The notes: generated by a model from the letters alone, not told the origin. DNA of 64,000 bases from Thecamonas trahens ATCC 50062 (GCF_000142905.1 NW_013657628.1:1-64000), one strand, 5' to 3'. Counted from the stretch's first letter, positions 23,471 to 36,139 are shown. Translations and numbers: made by a program.

Positions 23471-25595
23471 TCAGCCGCGACTCTTGGTCCGGGCATGGGA
23501 GAGCGCCTTGGCTTTGGCCTTGGGCTTGGCCTTGGACTTGGAGAGCGAGCGCGACCGGGTGTGGCCGCGGCCGGACGTCTCGCCGCCGCCCGATGCGGAT
23601 GCCGATGCCGACGCCGATGCCGACGCCTCGCCGGCGCTTGCTCCGGGCGGGGCGAGCGACGCCGCTGGCGGAACAGGCATGTTGATATGAACCTTGAGCA
23701 GGCCGTCATACGAGGCCGAGACGATCATCTGCCCTCGCGCCGCCTCGGCACCGTCGAGCGGGTCGGTGACAGTCCCGCCACCGGCAGCAAGCGGGACAAA
23801 CATGGCGACAGTGGCGGCGTCGTCATGGAGTGTCACGGCCTCAAACGACTCGGACCGGTCCTTGCGCTGCATGGAGCTAAAGAACGACGACTTGGCCACG
23901 TTGGTCGGCACCGTCCGGTACATGTACACCGCCCCGTCCTCCGAGCCGGTAACAACAAACTTGCCGGTCTCCGAGAATGAGGCTTTGATCTGCAGCTCGG
24001 CGTTGACAAAGCCCTTGTACTTGCAAAACTCAGACCAGTCGTCGAGGTTGTACATTCGCAGCCGCGAGTCGTTGGTCGAGATGAGCACCTTGCTCCCATC
24101 GGGATGAAAGGCAATGCCGGTGATCTTGGAGCCCGACGCGTTCTTGCCACGCGACGACCGGACATGGAGCGAGGTGCAGAAAACGAGGGTGGCCTTGGCG
24201 TCGAGGTCGTAGATGATGCAGTGCCCGTTCATAAGCCCAGCAAACACCTTGGTTCCATCTGGCGAGATTGCCGTCGCCGTGATGTAGTCGGCGGTCTCCT
24301 GCAACGCCACCTCACGGTTGGTCCGCAAGTTCCACACTCGCAGCTTGCGGTCAAACGAGGCCGAGATGAACACCTCCTCATTGCTCGGGTGAAACGCCAC
24401 TGCCGTCACGAGGTCGACATGCTTGAAGAGCGCAAGCATGCCTGGCCGATCAACGTGCCACAGCCGGACAGTCTTGTCGCGCGAGGCTGAGAGCAGAAAG
24501 TTCGACTGCGACCACGCGAGATCGAGAATGTCCGCGTTGTGGGCGGTGTACTCGCGGAACGGAGTCGGGTCAAGGAGCAAGCTCCCGTTGCTCTCTGCCA
24601 GCCGCCACACCCGCACCACCATGTCCTGCCCACCTGTAGCCAGATACATGCCGTCGGGCGAAAAGTGCGCCACCCAGATGGCACCGATGTGTGCGTCGAG
24701 CACCTGCAGCTCCAGAAGCCGGTCCCATTCCTCCACGGTCAGCTTGTTCACCCGTGACGGCGCAAATGTCACTTCCTCGCTCTCAGGCGGCGTCGATGGG
24801 CCCTTGCCCTTGCCCTTGCCCTTGCCCTGGATGCTGGCAGGCACAGTGCCTGCCTCGCCGTCCGGTCCCACCGTCGTCACTCCTGCAAGCGCCGTTTTCT
24901 CGTCCACCGTTGAGTTGTCGTCAAGGCACTTGACAAAGAGCACAAACTCACCGTTCTCGTCGATCGCCCCGTACTCGGGCGCGATCGGTAGCGCCACTCC
25001 GCTACCGCACGCTGCGCCACCAGAGCTGCTCGAGCTGCTGCACCCGCCGTCCGAGCCCGAGCCTGACATGCTTTCTACACCGTCGCCGCCATTGTCATCG
25101 CCGCCGGAAGATGCCTCACACGTCGACGACACATCGCCCGTCGACGCGCCACCCGTCGATGCCCCGCCCGTTGACACCGAGTCGTGCGTCAGCTGCCGGA
25201 GCGGCCGCATGCGAAACTTGGCCTCGCCCTCACCATTCCCTGGACCAGCCCCACCAAGATCTGTACCATCTCCACCATCAATGGCATCCTGTCCGCCGTC
25301 TGCTTTGCTAGCGTCCAGCTCTACCATTCCCTCGTCCGCCACCTGGCCGTCGTCGTTGTCGAGCCCCACCAAGTAGTCCTGCACACACACACACACACAC
25401 ACATACATACACACACACACACACGCATGCTCCACCATGAGAACCACCCCCCCCCTTCCCCCTCCACACACACATACACATACACTAGCCCCCTCGCCCC
25501 CGCCTCGCCCCCGCCTCGCCCTGCCTCCTCCCGCCATCTGCACATACCTCTGCAGACAGGAACAACTCGTCGTCGTCAGTCTCTGTGTGCGACAT
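23471..25595 (-). CDS. WDR44: WD repeat protein 44 (Rab11-binding)-like, 2 exons
   Basis: Exon 1 25595-25548 (MSHTETDDDELFLSAE, donor GTATGT), exon 2 25378-23471. Hallmarks AHIGAIWVAHFSPDGMYLATGGQD, ADILDLAWSQSNFLLSASRDKTVRLWH, VRSSRGKNASGSKITG, LISTNDSRLRMY, QIKASFS. Confidence 0.88.
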
Positions 25596-26056
25596 GGTCA
25601 CCACTCGCAGGCCCTGTTGGGTATCTGTAAGCACACTACTCCCTGTGCCTGCACCTGGCTACCCCCTTACGTCCTACGCTGCCCCAGCGAGTGCAGTCTG
25701 CTATCACCAACTTCTCCTCCTCCTCCTCCTCCTCCTCCTCCTCCTGGTCGCTGTCGCCGCGGTGGTCCCGCCGGCTATCGCCGACCAAACTGCCGACCAA
25801 ACAACCCAATACCTCCGCACCAACCAGCCGCCCGCCCAAGCCCACCACGCAGCCCATGGGCGAGAGGCTCGACCATCACACCTCCAGCCGACCTCACCCA
25901 CTACATCTACTCTCTACTCGCACTATCCATCCATCAACCACCAACCCATCCGATCTTGTTGTAGGTACATGATCTACATACCCCCACTCGGCATTGGCCA
26001 GATGCGGTATGCCAAACACAGCCCATCACTCGACTCCGCCACCGCCGTCACCACCG

Positions 26057-28121
26057 ATGGCGTCGTCATTCGAGGCCGACGCCCGGATGCTGTCGTCGAC
26101 TGAGGATCTCTCCGCGGAACTTGTGGACGTAGCGGAGGATGTACTTGCCGGTGACTACACCCCCGTCCACCACCATCCTGCCCATGGCCACACCAGCCAT
26201 CGTCTCCATGTCGGTGCCCAGGTCTCCACCCTCGACCAGCAGTACGGCACCGTCTGCTTTGTGGGCAAGGTCCACTTTGCCACAGGTCGCTGGGTCGGCC
26301 TCGACCTTGGCAAGCCAAGTACGTACCCCTCCCCTCCCTTCATCCCCCCTCCCCCTCCCTGCCCTGTCATCCCGTCCCTCCCCCCCTCCTCCCCCCTCCC
26401 CCTCTCCCCGTTCCGTCTGTCCTGCCAAACTCGCCGTTTTTCGCGCTCCCGGCTCCGCCCCCTGTCCCTCCTCTTGCCCCTCCCCGCCCGCCCGCCCCTG
26501 AAAGCCACGTACAGAGCACACCAAGCCAAACCACCACCTCTCACCACCACTGCATTCCTTGTACTACTTCCCTCTCTGTCTGCGTCTGCTTTTTCTCCCG
26601 TCTACCAATCTCAATCTCTTGCATACCACTCACTTTACCTCACCTGACGTCCCCCCCTGGTATGCTCATTACGTGGAATCGTTTTTGTGATGCGCTGGTG
26701 TAGTCGGGAGGAACAGTGGCACTGTCGAGGGCGTGCAGTACTTTACCACAGAACGGAAGCATGGGCTCTTTGTTCGTGAGTCCGACTGCTTGTTGGTCAA
26801 GCCGGCGGCAGACGCTGGCCAAGACCACGGCTTTGTGCCCTTTGACTACTCGGACGCTCGTGAGGCATTGGTGCCAGTGCCGGCCATGCCCACCGCGATG
26901 GCTGCAGGTGACGACAGTACATACGAGTGCTCGGAGGATGCAGTTGTCGAACACGATCGCGACTCGATGAAGACCCTCTCCGAGTCGGCACTGAGCGACG
27001 ATGACTCGCCCCGGGTGGCAGTCGCGCCGGTGGCGGCGGCTGCCGAGGCCGCCGAAGCTGCGCCGCGCGAGCACGAGCGCAAGCAACGCCGCCGCCGCCG
27101 CGGCAAGTCGTCGCGGGCCGAGGCCGCCGCCCCGGCTGCCGCTGCCGCCGGAGTCGGGCTTGCTGCAGGCGCCGCTGCTGGCGCCGCGGTGGCAACCAAG
27201 AGCCGGGCCGGCGAGCCGGACTCGGTCCCGGTTCCCTCGCAGACCTTTATGGATCCGTTTGAAGAGTCGGACCTACGCGCGTTTGGCGTCGACGCCGACG
27301 GCGTTGTTCACGACGTCGCCGACGCCAGCGGCGAGTCTGACGAAGACGAGGCTTCCGAGCCGGAGAAGGAGCTCTTCACCGGGCCGGGCGCCGGAGTCTT
27401 CAACTTTGACCACTACGAGCTGACGTCAAAGAAGATTGGCGTCACCTCGTGGCGGTGCTGCGGCCGCGACGTCGACACCATGGACACCGCGGCCATCATC
27501 GACGTCGAGCTCTTCCAGAACTGCCTCCACCGCCGCAAGAACCGCGGCATCATCACCGTGTACTCGCAGGACGCCACCACGCCAATTGTGCGTATGAAGG
27601 TGCCCAACGCGGTCGAGCTCTTCCACGAGCTCCGCTCGTACATCTCGACCAAGCGCCGCGGCGAGGTCACAGAGGTTGTCAACCAGAAGCTCCTCTACGA
27701 AGGCGCCTTCCACTCGACATGCTGGGGCTATGGCTGCTGCTGCCGTGTGTGCGACTGCTGCGAGACCCACGACGAGTTCAAGATCACCAACCTGACCGCG
27801 TCTAAGCACACCCGCTCCTGCTGCTACTCGGACCACCAGCAGGTCTCCATGCGCCGGGTGTATGACCTCTCGCTCGACCTCGTCTGCCTCTGCTCCTGCT
27901 GCGGCAAGCGCTGCGACCGCGGCTTTATCACCGCCCATACCTTTGACATGTCGCACCCGACCTTCCGCATCAAGGTCGTTGGCGGCGACAAGGCCGAGAA
28001 GCTCTTCAACTCGATGTCGCGCTACGTCGATCTCAAGAAGGCCGCCCTCCTCCATTGGGAGAAGAACCGCACCGCCAACATTATCTCAGAGGCCCACAAC
28101 CTGCGTCCGCGCAAGCCGTAA
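26057..28121 (+). CDS. CAP-Gly domain protein with two Cys-rich bacterial-PH (bPH_2-like) domains, 2 exons
   Basis: Exon 1 26057-26318 (GTVCFVGKVHFATGRWVGLDLGKP), donor GTACGT, exon 2 26704-28121 restores IGRNSGTVEGVQYF...HGLFV (CAP-Gly). Tandem C-terminal domains YELTSKKI...IIDVE...RGIITVYSQDATTP and FKITNLT...VYDLS...RGFITAHTFDMSHP. Confidence 0.8.
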
Positions 28122-28164
28122 ACACACTCGCATGCACACGCCAGCAAGCCCTGTTTACTCTCTC

Positions 28165-31157
28165 TCATGCCTGCCATCGCCGTGCCCGAACCGCTCGGCC
28201 TTGGTTTGGCCTCGGCCGAAAGTCGACGCCGGTGACTGGGCAAATGTGCGGATCACGACAGCATTTGAGGTGGACAACAACCTCGTTGGGGTACCGCGCA
28301 AACACATTCGAGCCAAGCCGCTTGTGGCAGACCGAGCAAAGCGTCTCGTGGTTCACCACCGACCGCGGCGCCCGGGCCTTGGCCGCCGCAAGCGCCACCT
28401 GCATGTGCACCGATCGGTTGAGCGCCGCGCTCACCGCCGCCCGCCGCTGCGCCGCCACCTTGCGACGCAGCGCCGTCACGAGGTAGTCGCCGATCCGCGC
28501 TACAGGCATCGACGGCGGGAGCAAGTCAAGGACTTGGCTTGGCGGAAAGTGCACTCCGTGTGAGGAGAGGAGCGCCACAACCTGCGCCTCGAGCGCTCTC
28601 GCCCGTGGCGCCGGCGTTCCTTCAGGAGGCGTCAGGTACGCCGCGAGGAGCGCCATCCAAACGTCCGACGCCACCACACCAAGCGTCGAGAGCGGGACTC
28701 CCAGCCGCTCGGCCTGCGCCTTTTCGTGAACGTAAACCTCGTGGATAGCAGCGCAATATGCAAGCGCACCGGCGTCGTCGGTCTCGTCGTGGACAAGAAC
28801 CCGGAGCGCGGCGTTGTGGTGGCCAACTTTGCGGTAGAGCGCCACAAGCTCGGTGGTGAGTCCGCCAATGTCCTTGACCCGCTCAAGGATGAGATCAACG
28901 TCGTAGAAAGGGAGCTCCTCCAGCGCTCCCAAGAGTCGCGCCCGGAGCGCTGCCTCGCTGCACGCGGGCGCGCCCGGGTGAGCCGTACAAGCTTCCGCCA
29001 TGGCAGCAGCCTGGACTGGATCGCGGCATGCCGCCACGCTGTCGACATAGATGTTGACCAGTCGGGTGTGATACTGCTCGTGCGCAACGTGGTATGCGCT
29101 CACCATGTGCGCCAGGTATGCCGCTTGAAGCGCGTGCCACGGCAGCGGCTCGAACTTGGCCAGGAAGGCGAGGACCGAGTCATGGTCGAGCGGAACACTA
29201 CGCGTCGGGGAGACAAACACGTCCAGAGCTGCAAAAGTGTCGGCCTGCAGCAGCGCAGGCGCAAACTTGGCAATGAGCTCCCAGCTCGCGTCGCTGCCGC
29301 CCTCGAGTGACGCGAGCACGTCGATGGCCGGCCGGGCTCCGCCCGAGGACGGGTCGATGCACTCGCCCGCTACAATCGTCGCCCACACCTCGAGCGCCTC
29401 GGTGTAGTTACCGACGGAGGCCTCGAGTGCAGCAAGCGCGTCGTACGGCCCGGTTCGGGTCCGGGTGTCGATGGCCGCTCGCAGCGCTGCCCGTGCGTCG
29501 TCGACCAGCACCGCGTTCGCGCCGGTGAGAAGCGGCCGGAGCTTGTGCGGCGACTTGGAAATGTACAACCTCAGCAGCGCAGTGTCCACTGCTTGTGCCA
29601 CCAGAGGCTCAAGTGGCTCGCCGCGGGCGGCGACCGTCCGCTGGTCTTCCAGAAACGCCACCAGCAGCGGATGCGCCTTGTGTGGCGCCTGGGCAGAGAG
29701 CTTGCGCTGGATGGCGTGAAGCGGACGGGTCCGCGACTCGTATCTGGCCTGGCTCTGCGGGAGCATGTCAAAGACGTGGAGCAGGTCGCGCGCGTCAACA
29801 GTGGAGAGGGCAAAGAACTGAAAGGCCCGCTCGTAGTTGGCGTCGACAAGGGCTTGGAAAGCAATGTTCTCGTAGAGGAGCTGCATCTGCTTGTCGCGGG
29901 TCGGCACCGACGCCGGCACGCGGATCTGGAACAGCATGATGGCGTCGTCGAACCGTCGCGCGCGGATGAGCTCTGCGAGCTGAGCCTCGAACGAGATCTT
30001 GAGCCCGAGCCAGACCCGGGCGCCCGAGAAGAGCGTGAGGACGGAGCCGGTCGACCCGATGTGAGTCGCCTCGGGCAACGAGAGCGTCTGGTGGATGGCG
30101 GCGTCCTCGACCGAGCGAACCTCAACCAGCCCGTCGTGGAGGCCGATGAGATTCGGCCAGGCGACCGCCACCGCTGACGGCGGCTGCGACCACGTCACCG
30201 TATGGCCCGAGAGCGAGCCGTCGAGGTTGTAGCACACGCCCATGTTGTTGTGGACTACCAAAATAAGGCCGACGCCCGGGACCGGCGCCATGAGCAACGA
30301 CGAAGTGCTCGCTGTGGCGCCCGATGACGACGACGCAAAGGGATTCAGCGTGGTGAGCATGGCTGAGGTCATGGCGGCCGCGTCGGCGGTGATCGAGGTC
30401 AGCGAGGTCGGAGCCACTTCGCGCGAACAGAGCGTCGTCGTGATACCCGACTTGACCGAGATGGCCGAGATCTCACGCTTGTATCCAAGCGCAAGCGTGT
30501 CGCCATACCAGGCGATGGAGAGGACCGGGCCGGGTAGGCCCGCAAACTCTTTGACCGGCACATAGTCGCCGATGGTGGTGGAGAACTCGTACACGTACGC
30601 CCGCTTCTTTGTCACTGCCACAAGCTTTCGCCCAGACTTGGCGTCGAGCGCAATGCAGAGAACGTGTCGCGGCGAGGGAAATGGCGGCGAGACCGCCTTG
30701 AGGCTCACGGCATCCAGGACGACCACGGTCTCGCCGACGAGGACCACCAAATGGCCTGCGGCTTTCAGCGGGAGAATAGTCTCGATCTTCTTCTTCCCGC
30801 CCACGTTCTTCTTGATCTCCAAAGTCGATCTCGCGGTATCTGCCTCTGCCACGCCGACTCCTGCCGACGACGCCGAAGCTGACGCCGAGACCGCTGCCGC
30901 CGCCGAAGACGCTGCCGCCGAAGCTTCCAAAGACTGCGAGAGTTCCGACTCAAAGGCATACTTGAGCACATCGCCAGTACTTGTACCCACATACACCGTC
31001 GAGCCATCAGCAGCTGTACTCGCTGCCGTCACCCGTGCCTTCTTCCCGGCCACTCGGTCCACGACCTACGAGAAGAGGCGGTGCCATGTGTGAGTGGAGG
31101 GACAGGGGGGGGGGGAGGGAGGCGACATACCTTCAGTAGCCGGAACAGTGGGTACAT
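28165..31157 (-). CDS. Vps39/Vam6/TGFBRAP1 family (CNH, clathrin repeat, Vps39_2 Zn finger), 2 exons
   Basis: Exon 1 31157-31131 (MYPLFRLLK, donor GTATGT), 65-nt intron, exon 2 31065-28165. Motifs VYVGTSTG, AVDTALLRLY, EQYHTRLV, CSVCHKRLGSNVFARYPNEVVVHLKC. Confidence 0.9.
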
Positions 31158-31221
31158 GGTCAGCAGACCAGCAGTGAGCGGAGTGTGGTGGTGGCGGTGG
31201 TGAGAGTGGTCAGGTGGTGGG

Positions 31222-31366
31222 AGTGGCTGGCGGTCAGTGGCTGGCGGTCGGTGGCTGGCGGTCGGTGGCTGGCGGTCGGTGGCTGGCGGTCGGTGGCTGG
31301 CGGTCGGTGGCTGGCGGTCAGCGGCTGGCGGTCAGCGGCTGGCGGTCAGCGGCTGGGCTGGCGGTC
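31222..31366. repeat. 14-bp minisatellite (RGYGGCTGGCGGTC) x about 10
   Basis: Nine full units at 31222-31347 plus a partial unit, in the divergent intergenic region between Vps39 and eIF3m. Confidence 0.93.
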
Positions 31367-31796
31367 GCACTCGCCAAGTTCCGGCCTGCCGCCTGCTAGT
31401 TTGTTGCATGGATGGGGATGTAGAGGAGGTGGTGATGGTTGAGTAGTGGGTGGGTGTGGTGATAAGGCGCGGCGATTAAAAAAGTGTGAAGTATACGACA
31501 TGATCACCTCTACACCATCCGATCATCATCCTCTATCGACAGACCACCTCGCCATCCGCCGTCTCCCTCCCCCGCACCCACCACACCGCCACCGTCAACG
31601 ACAACAGACAACAGGCACACTCACCCAGTCATGTGTTTCCCCCCTGCGATGACTCGATCAGCTCGAACAGTACTAATCGCCATCGCCATCGGCTGCGGCT
31701 CGGCCATTGGCTCGGTCGGCTCGTTTGGCTCTTCGAGGCCATCTCTGGCGAGGAAGGCGAGCACAGGACGGCACAGCTCACGCACCACCAGCAGCC

Positions 31797-33269
31797 ATGG
31801 CTACGCTGACGTTTATTGAGCTCAACGAGCAAGAGCAGGTATGTTAACGGGAGAGGACGCCCAACCTGGGTGTTGCTAGCTCCAGCTGAATGACCGTAGC
31901 CCTCGGTTGCCTCGGTCTCGTCCTTGTCGACGTTGTCCTCCATTTTCTGCTTGCCATCCCACCGTGGCCAGGGGGGGGGAGGGGGGGGGGGGCATGACCA
32001 AGACGGGGTGAAGGGGGAAGAGAGAGAGAATGGGCACATGGGGGACTTATGCTTATGGTGTTATGGGTAATGGCATGGTGTGGCGTACTTGGGTGGGGGG
32101 GAGGGAATGCAGATTGTCGAGCTGCAGAGGTACCTCTCGCTGATTGTGGCCGATGCAGAGGCTGCAGAGGTCGCCGTGGCAAAGGTCCAGGCACTGGTGG
32201 AGAAGGGCGAGTGCGCAAAGGCTGTTGAGCTCATGCTGGATCAGGCCGGTGACCTCATCGCTGCTCCCGGTGCCAACGATTCCGTCGTGGGCAACTTTTC
32301 CATCTGGTCGTCTACCTCGCCCAGGCGTACCAGACCCTGCCCAAGGTTCTCGAGCGCATCGTGAACGAGGTCTCGGTGGCCGAGCTTGGCAAGCCTGTTG
32401 TCCAGCTCTCGGTCCTCAACATGGTGTACAACAAGCTGCCGTCGGGTCTGGAGCTCCGGTTTGATACGCTGATGAAGATGATTTCGCTCGCCCTGGAGAG
32501 CTCCAAGCTCCCGCTCATCAAGCCGCACCTGCTCAACTTTGGCAAGCTTGTGGCCGCGGCCTTTGCCGATGTGCCGGTCGCCAAGAAGCGTGCGGGTCTG
32601 CAGCTTGCGGCCAAGGCGCTGTCGTCGGTCGGTGCGCGTGCCGACGCCGCCGAACTCCGCTTCATGCTCCTGGACACGTACGACAACGACGATGCGTCGT
32701 CGGTGACCGAAGTCGAGTCGGTGGTTCTGCAGGTGGTCTCGGAGGCGCTCGACATGAACAACGTCTTCCAGTTTGATCACCTTCTCGAGCTCAAGGCCGT
32801 CGCCGCCTTTGCCACCCACGCCAACCCGCAGTACGTCCTCGTCCACCAGCTGCTCTCCGTCTTTGTCAACGGCTTTGTCACCGACTACACCGCACTGTAC
32901 GACTCGTCGGCCGAGGCCAAGGACGTCGTCGACAACATGCTCGGCCTCTCGCACGAGCGCAACGTCGAGAAGATGCGCCTGCTCTCGCTCACCTCGCTCG
33001 CCGCCAACACCGAGATCATCCCTTACTCGCTCGTTTCGGCCACCCTTGACGTCGCGCCCGAGGACGTCGAGCGCTGGTGCATCAAGATCTCAAAGGCCAA
33101 GCTTGCCCGCGTCCGTATGGACCAGGCTTCCAAGGTCATCCACATCTCCCGCGCTACACAGCGCGTCTTTGAGCACTCGCACTGGGAGCTCCTCCGCGAG
33201 AAGCTCTCCGTCTGGGCCAAGGCCACCCGCGCCATGGTCGACGTCGTCCAGAACAACAAGAGCGGGTAA
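31797..33269 (+). CDS. EIF3M: Eukaryotic translation initiation factor 3 subunit M (PCI domain), 2 exons, one apparent frameshift
   Basis: Exon 1 31797-31838 (MATLTFIELNEQEQ, donor GTATGT), exon 2 from 32113. One base is missing at TTTT 32296-32299 (restores NFFHLVVYL). Motifs VFQFDHLLELKAV, KMRLLSLTSLA, RMDQASKVIHISRATQRVFEHSHW. Confidence 0.88.
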
Positions 33270-33305
33270 AGGTAAACATTGTCATCCAGCCCCTGCCTCC
33301 TGCTT

Positions 33306-34073
33306 TCACTTGCGCCTTGCTCTCGCCCGCTGCCGCCGCGCCGCGAGCTGGGTGAACAGCTCGGGCGCCTGCTCCATCAGCTCGGCCTCACCGTACTTGT
33401 GGCTGATGACCGCCTCGCGCGCGCCGAGCGTGCCGTACTCGGAGCCACCAAGCCGTGAGAGCGGATTGAGCCGCAGGACGTCGACGCTGTCGCCGGCGTC
33501 GGTGAGGATCGAGGTGCAGAGGTGGTACGCGACGACGCGGCCAAAGACAACCACGTTGCGCGCCTCGCCGTTGTCGTGCGGGAGTTCGATCGACTCGACC
33601 GTGGTGCACTCGAGATGCGCCTTGGCCAGCGCCAGCCGCGGCGGGCCAACCACCGTCGATGCAAGCATGGCCGAGTTGGCCAGCAGCGGGTGCGAGCCCT
33701 CGTCGACACCGCGATCGACAGCATAGCCAGTCTTGGCCACAGCATCGATGACGCCAGCCGAAGCCACGTTGACAACAAACTCGCCGGTCTCCAGCGCATT
33801 GATGACCGACTCTTTCAGCCCGCCATCCGCATGCACGCCATTGCAGGCAAACATAACCATCGGTGGCGTCGATGAGACCGCGTTGAAGAACGAGTACGGT
33901 GCCGTGTTCGCGCCACCATCACCGCTGCTCAACGTCGTGATCCATCCAATCGGCCGCGGCACAATGAGCGATTTGAGCGGATCCCACTTGAGCCCTGCCG
34001 CCCGCCACGGCGCGCCCTTGCTGCCCTCTGCACAGGTGAACGAGACCCATTCTTGGCTCGCACTATTGCTCAT
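33306..34073 (-). CDS. Flavin reductase-like FMN-binding protein (DIM6/NTAB family)
   Basis: DPLKSLIVPRPIGWITT, NTAPYSFFNAV, ETGEFVVNV, HLEC, VVFGRVV, PLSRLGGSEY. Confidence 0.9.
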   Translation of the reverse strand: MSNSASQEWVSFTCAEGSKGAPWRAAGLKWDPLKSLIVPRPIGWITTLSSGDGGANTAPYSFFNAVSSTPPMVMFACNGVHADGGLKESVINALETGEFVVNVASAGVIDAVAKTGYAVDRGVDEGSHPLLANSAMLASTVVGPPRLALAKAHLECTTVESIELPHDNGEARNVVVFGRVVAYHLCTSILTDAGDSVDVLRLNPLSRLGGSEYGTLGAREAVISHKYGEAELMEQAPELFTQLAARRQRARARRK

Positions 34074-34258
34074 GCACCTCGACACCACCGCTATGCCAGC
34101 CTGGCTCCCCGACCATGTCGGTAATCGAAGCATGCTGGCGAGTTGAGTGACTCCGAGGTCATCTGCCCGCACCAGCCGACGGGCACGGCGGACAGCCTCT
34201 GCCGTCAGCTACTTGTCTCGTGCACACACTCTTGATTACCACGCGATCGCGCCCACCC

Positions 34259-35338
34259 ATGGCAGCGTCCCATGTTCTGAGCCACGACAAGCTAGTGGCG
34301 CTTCTTCAGCGGACGGCACAGATCCTCATCCCCGCTTTATCTGCATCGGCGCACAAGGGCTCGCACGGCAGAGTCGGCATCGTCGGCGGATGCGCGGCGT
34401 ACACTGGCGCGCCGTACTTTGCAGCGTTGGCAGCACTGCGCACTGGTGCTGATCTTGCAACTGTTATCTGTGCCCCCGATGCGGCCGTGCCCATCAAGGC
34501 CTACTCACCGGAGCTCATTGTCCGCGGAATCCTGCCAGCCGACGGCGATGCTCCACCGGGCGACGCCAAGGCTGCGACCATGATCGACGATGGGTGGGCG
34601 CTTGCCTCGCTGCATGCTGTCTCCATGGGATCAGGCCTTGGCCGCGCGCCTGCGCATCTGGCGCTTGTCGGCCCGCTCCTTGACCACGCGGCCGCCCTCG
34701 ACCTGCCTGTGGTTCTTGACGGCGACGCGCTGTTTCCGCTCGGCAACGACGACGGCAAGGCCGCGCTCACTCTCGCGCCAGCCGTAACTGACCGGCTTGT
34801 GGTCACGCCCAACGCCGTCGAGTATCGCCGTCTGTGTCGTGCGCTGCTGAATGAGGCCGTTGTCGAGCTGGGCGACGTACCCGGGCCGGCCGAGGACCAG
34901 GTCTCGCGCCTCGCCGCCGCCCTTCACCACGCCACCGTCGTCCGCAAAGGCGCAGCCGACATTGTGGCCAACGCCCATGTTGCTGCCCGCCTCGGCCACG
35001 CCCGCCCCTCCCTCCGAAGGTGCGGCGGACAGGGCGATGTGCTCGCAGGCACCATCGCGGTCTTTCTCGCCTGGGCCACCCTCGCCTCCCGGAACCACGG
35101 GCCTGACCTTGCCGCGCTACTTCTGCCCGACGCCGAGACAGAGACCGACAACGCTGTGGCGAACTCCACCTTTGCCGCGGCGCTGATGGGCGCAATAGTG
35201 ACCCGCGATGCCGCCTCGGTTGTCTACCACGTCCATCGCCGAGCCACCAACGTCCCGCTCATCCTCGAGAGCCTGCCCGCCGTCATCGATACCTTCCACG
35301 ACGATCCGAGCCACATTGAGGGTATCGTCTTGATCTAA
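34259..35338 (+). CDS. NAXD: ATP-dependent NAD(P)H-hydrate dehydratase (YjeF_C/CARKD)
   Basis: HKGSHGRVGIVGGCAAYTGAPYFAALAALRTGADL, IKAYSPELIV, GSGLGR, VLDGDAL, TPNAVEYRRL, RRCGGQGDVLAG. Confidence 0.95.
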   Translation: MAASHVLSHDKLVALLQRTAQILIPALSASAHKGSHGRVGIVGGCAAYTGAPYFAALAALRTGADLATVICAPDAAVPIKAYSPELIVRGILPADGDAPPGDAKAATMIDDGWALASLHAVSMGSGLGRAPAHLALVGPLLDHAAALDLPVVLDGDALFPLGNDDGKAALTLAPAVTDRLVVTPNAVEYRRLCRALLNEAVVELGDVPGPAEDQVSRLAAALHHATVVRKGAADIVANAHVAARLGHARPSLRRCGGQGDVLAGTIAVFLAWATLASRNHGPDLAALLLPDAETETDNAVANSTFAAALMGAIVTRDAASVVYHVHRRATNVPLILESLPAVIDTFHDDPSHIEGIVLI

Positions 35339-35497
35339 CCCCACCAGCCAGCTCCACACTGATGCCCTAACACCCCAACCCGGCACCATCGGCCCCAGTC
35401 CGCCTTGCTCTGACTTGACGCGCCACTCGCTGCCCTCAGCTCGATTTGAGCACCACCTCACTCCCACGCCCCCCCCTTCCCCACTCCTCGCAGCCAC

Positions 35498-36109
35498 ATG
35501 CTGACACCGCGAATGCTGATGAGCACGGCTACTTGTAGGAGTGCCCATACGGCTGCTCGTGGTCGGCTAGAGGTCATTCTCGGGCCCATGTTCTCAGGCA
35601 AGACGACTGAGCTGCTCCGACGGGTCCGTCGGCAGGTTGCGGCGCGCAAGACGGTGGCCATCATCAAGTCTGCCAAGGACACACGTGGTGCCGAGCCTGG
35701 ACGAGCGACAGTGACCCATGATGACGTGGCAGTGCCTGCCTACGCTGCTCTGCGACTTGCTGATGTGCCGGCTGAGGTCTTGGCCGACGCCGAGGTGGTC
35801 GGCATCGATGAGGGCCAGTTCTTTGATGATGTCATGCCTGTCGCCGACGAGCTGGCGAACAGCGGCAAGATCGTTGTCGTCGCCACCCTTGATGGCGACT
35901 TTATGCGAAGGCCGTTTGCGTCGACGGGTCCACTCGTTGCTGCTGCTGAGCGGGTGACCAAGCTGACGGCGGTGTGCATGGAGTGTCTCGCCGCAGACGC
36001 GCCCTTCTCCAAGCGCCTCATCGCCGACACTAGCGTCGAGGTCATCGGCGGCAAGGAATCGTATGCCGCCATGTGTCGCAATTGCTACAACAGCCTCTCC
36101 ACGACGTGA
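35498..36109 (+). CDS. TK1: Thymidine kinase (TK1 type)
   Basis: GPMFSGKTTELLRR, GIDEGQFF, LDGDFMRRPF, KLTAVCMEC, IGGKESYAAMCRNCY. Confidence 0.96.
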   Translation: MLTPRMLMSTATCRSAHTAARGRLEVILGPMFSGKTTELLRRVRRQVAARKTVAIIKSAKDTRGAEPGRATVTHDDVAVPAYAALRLADVPAEVLADAEVVGIDEGQFFDDVMPVADELANSGKIVVVATLDGDFMRRPFASTGPLVAAAERVTKLTAVCMECLAADAPFSKRLIADTSVEVIGGKESYAAMCRNCYNSLSTT

Positions 36110-36139
36110 TCGTCTGCAGCACGCGTCGTCATCATCCTT

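Noticed and set aside
31222-31366. CRISPR-like array or Chi-like sites
   Set aside because: The units are contiguous with no unique spacers, there are no cas genes, and the context is eukaryotic.
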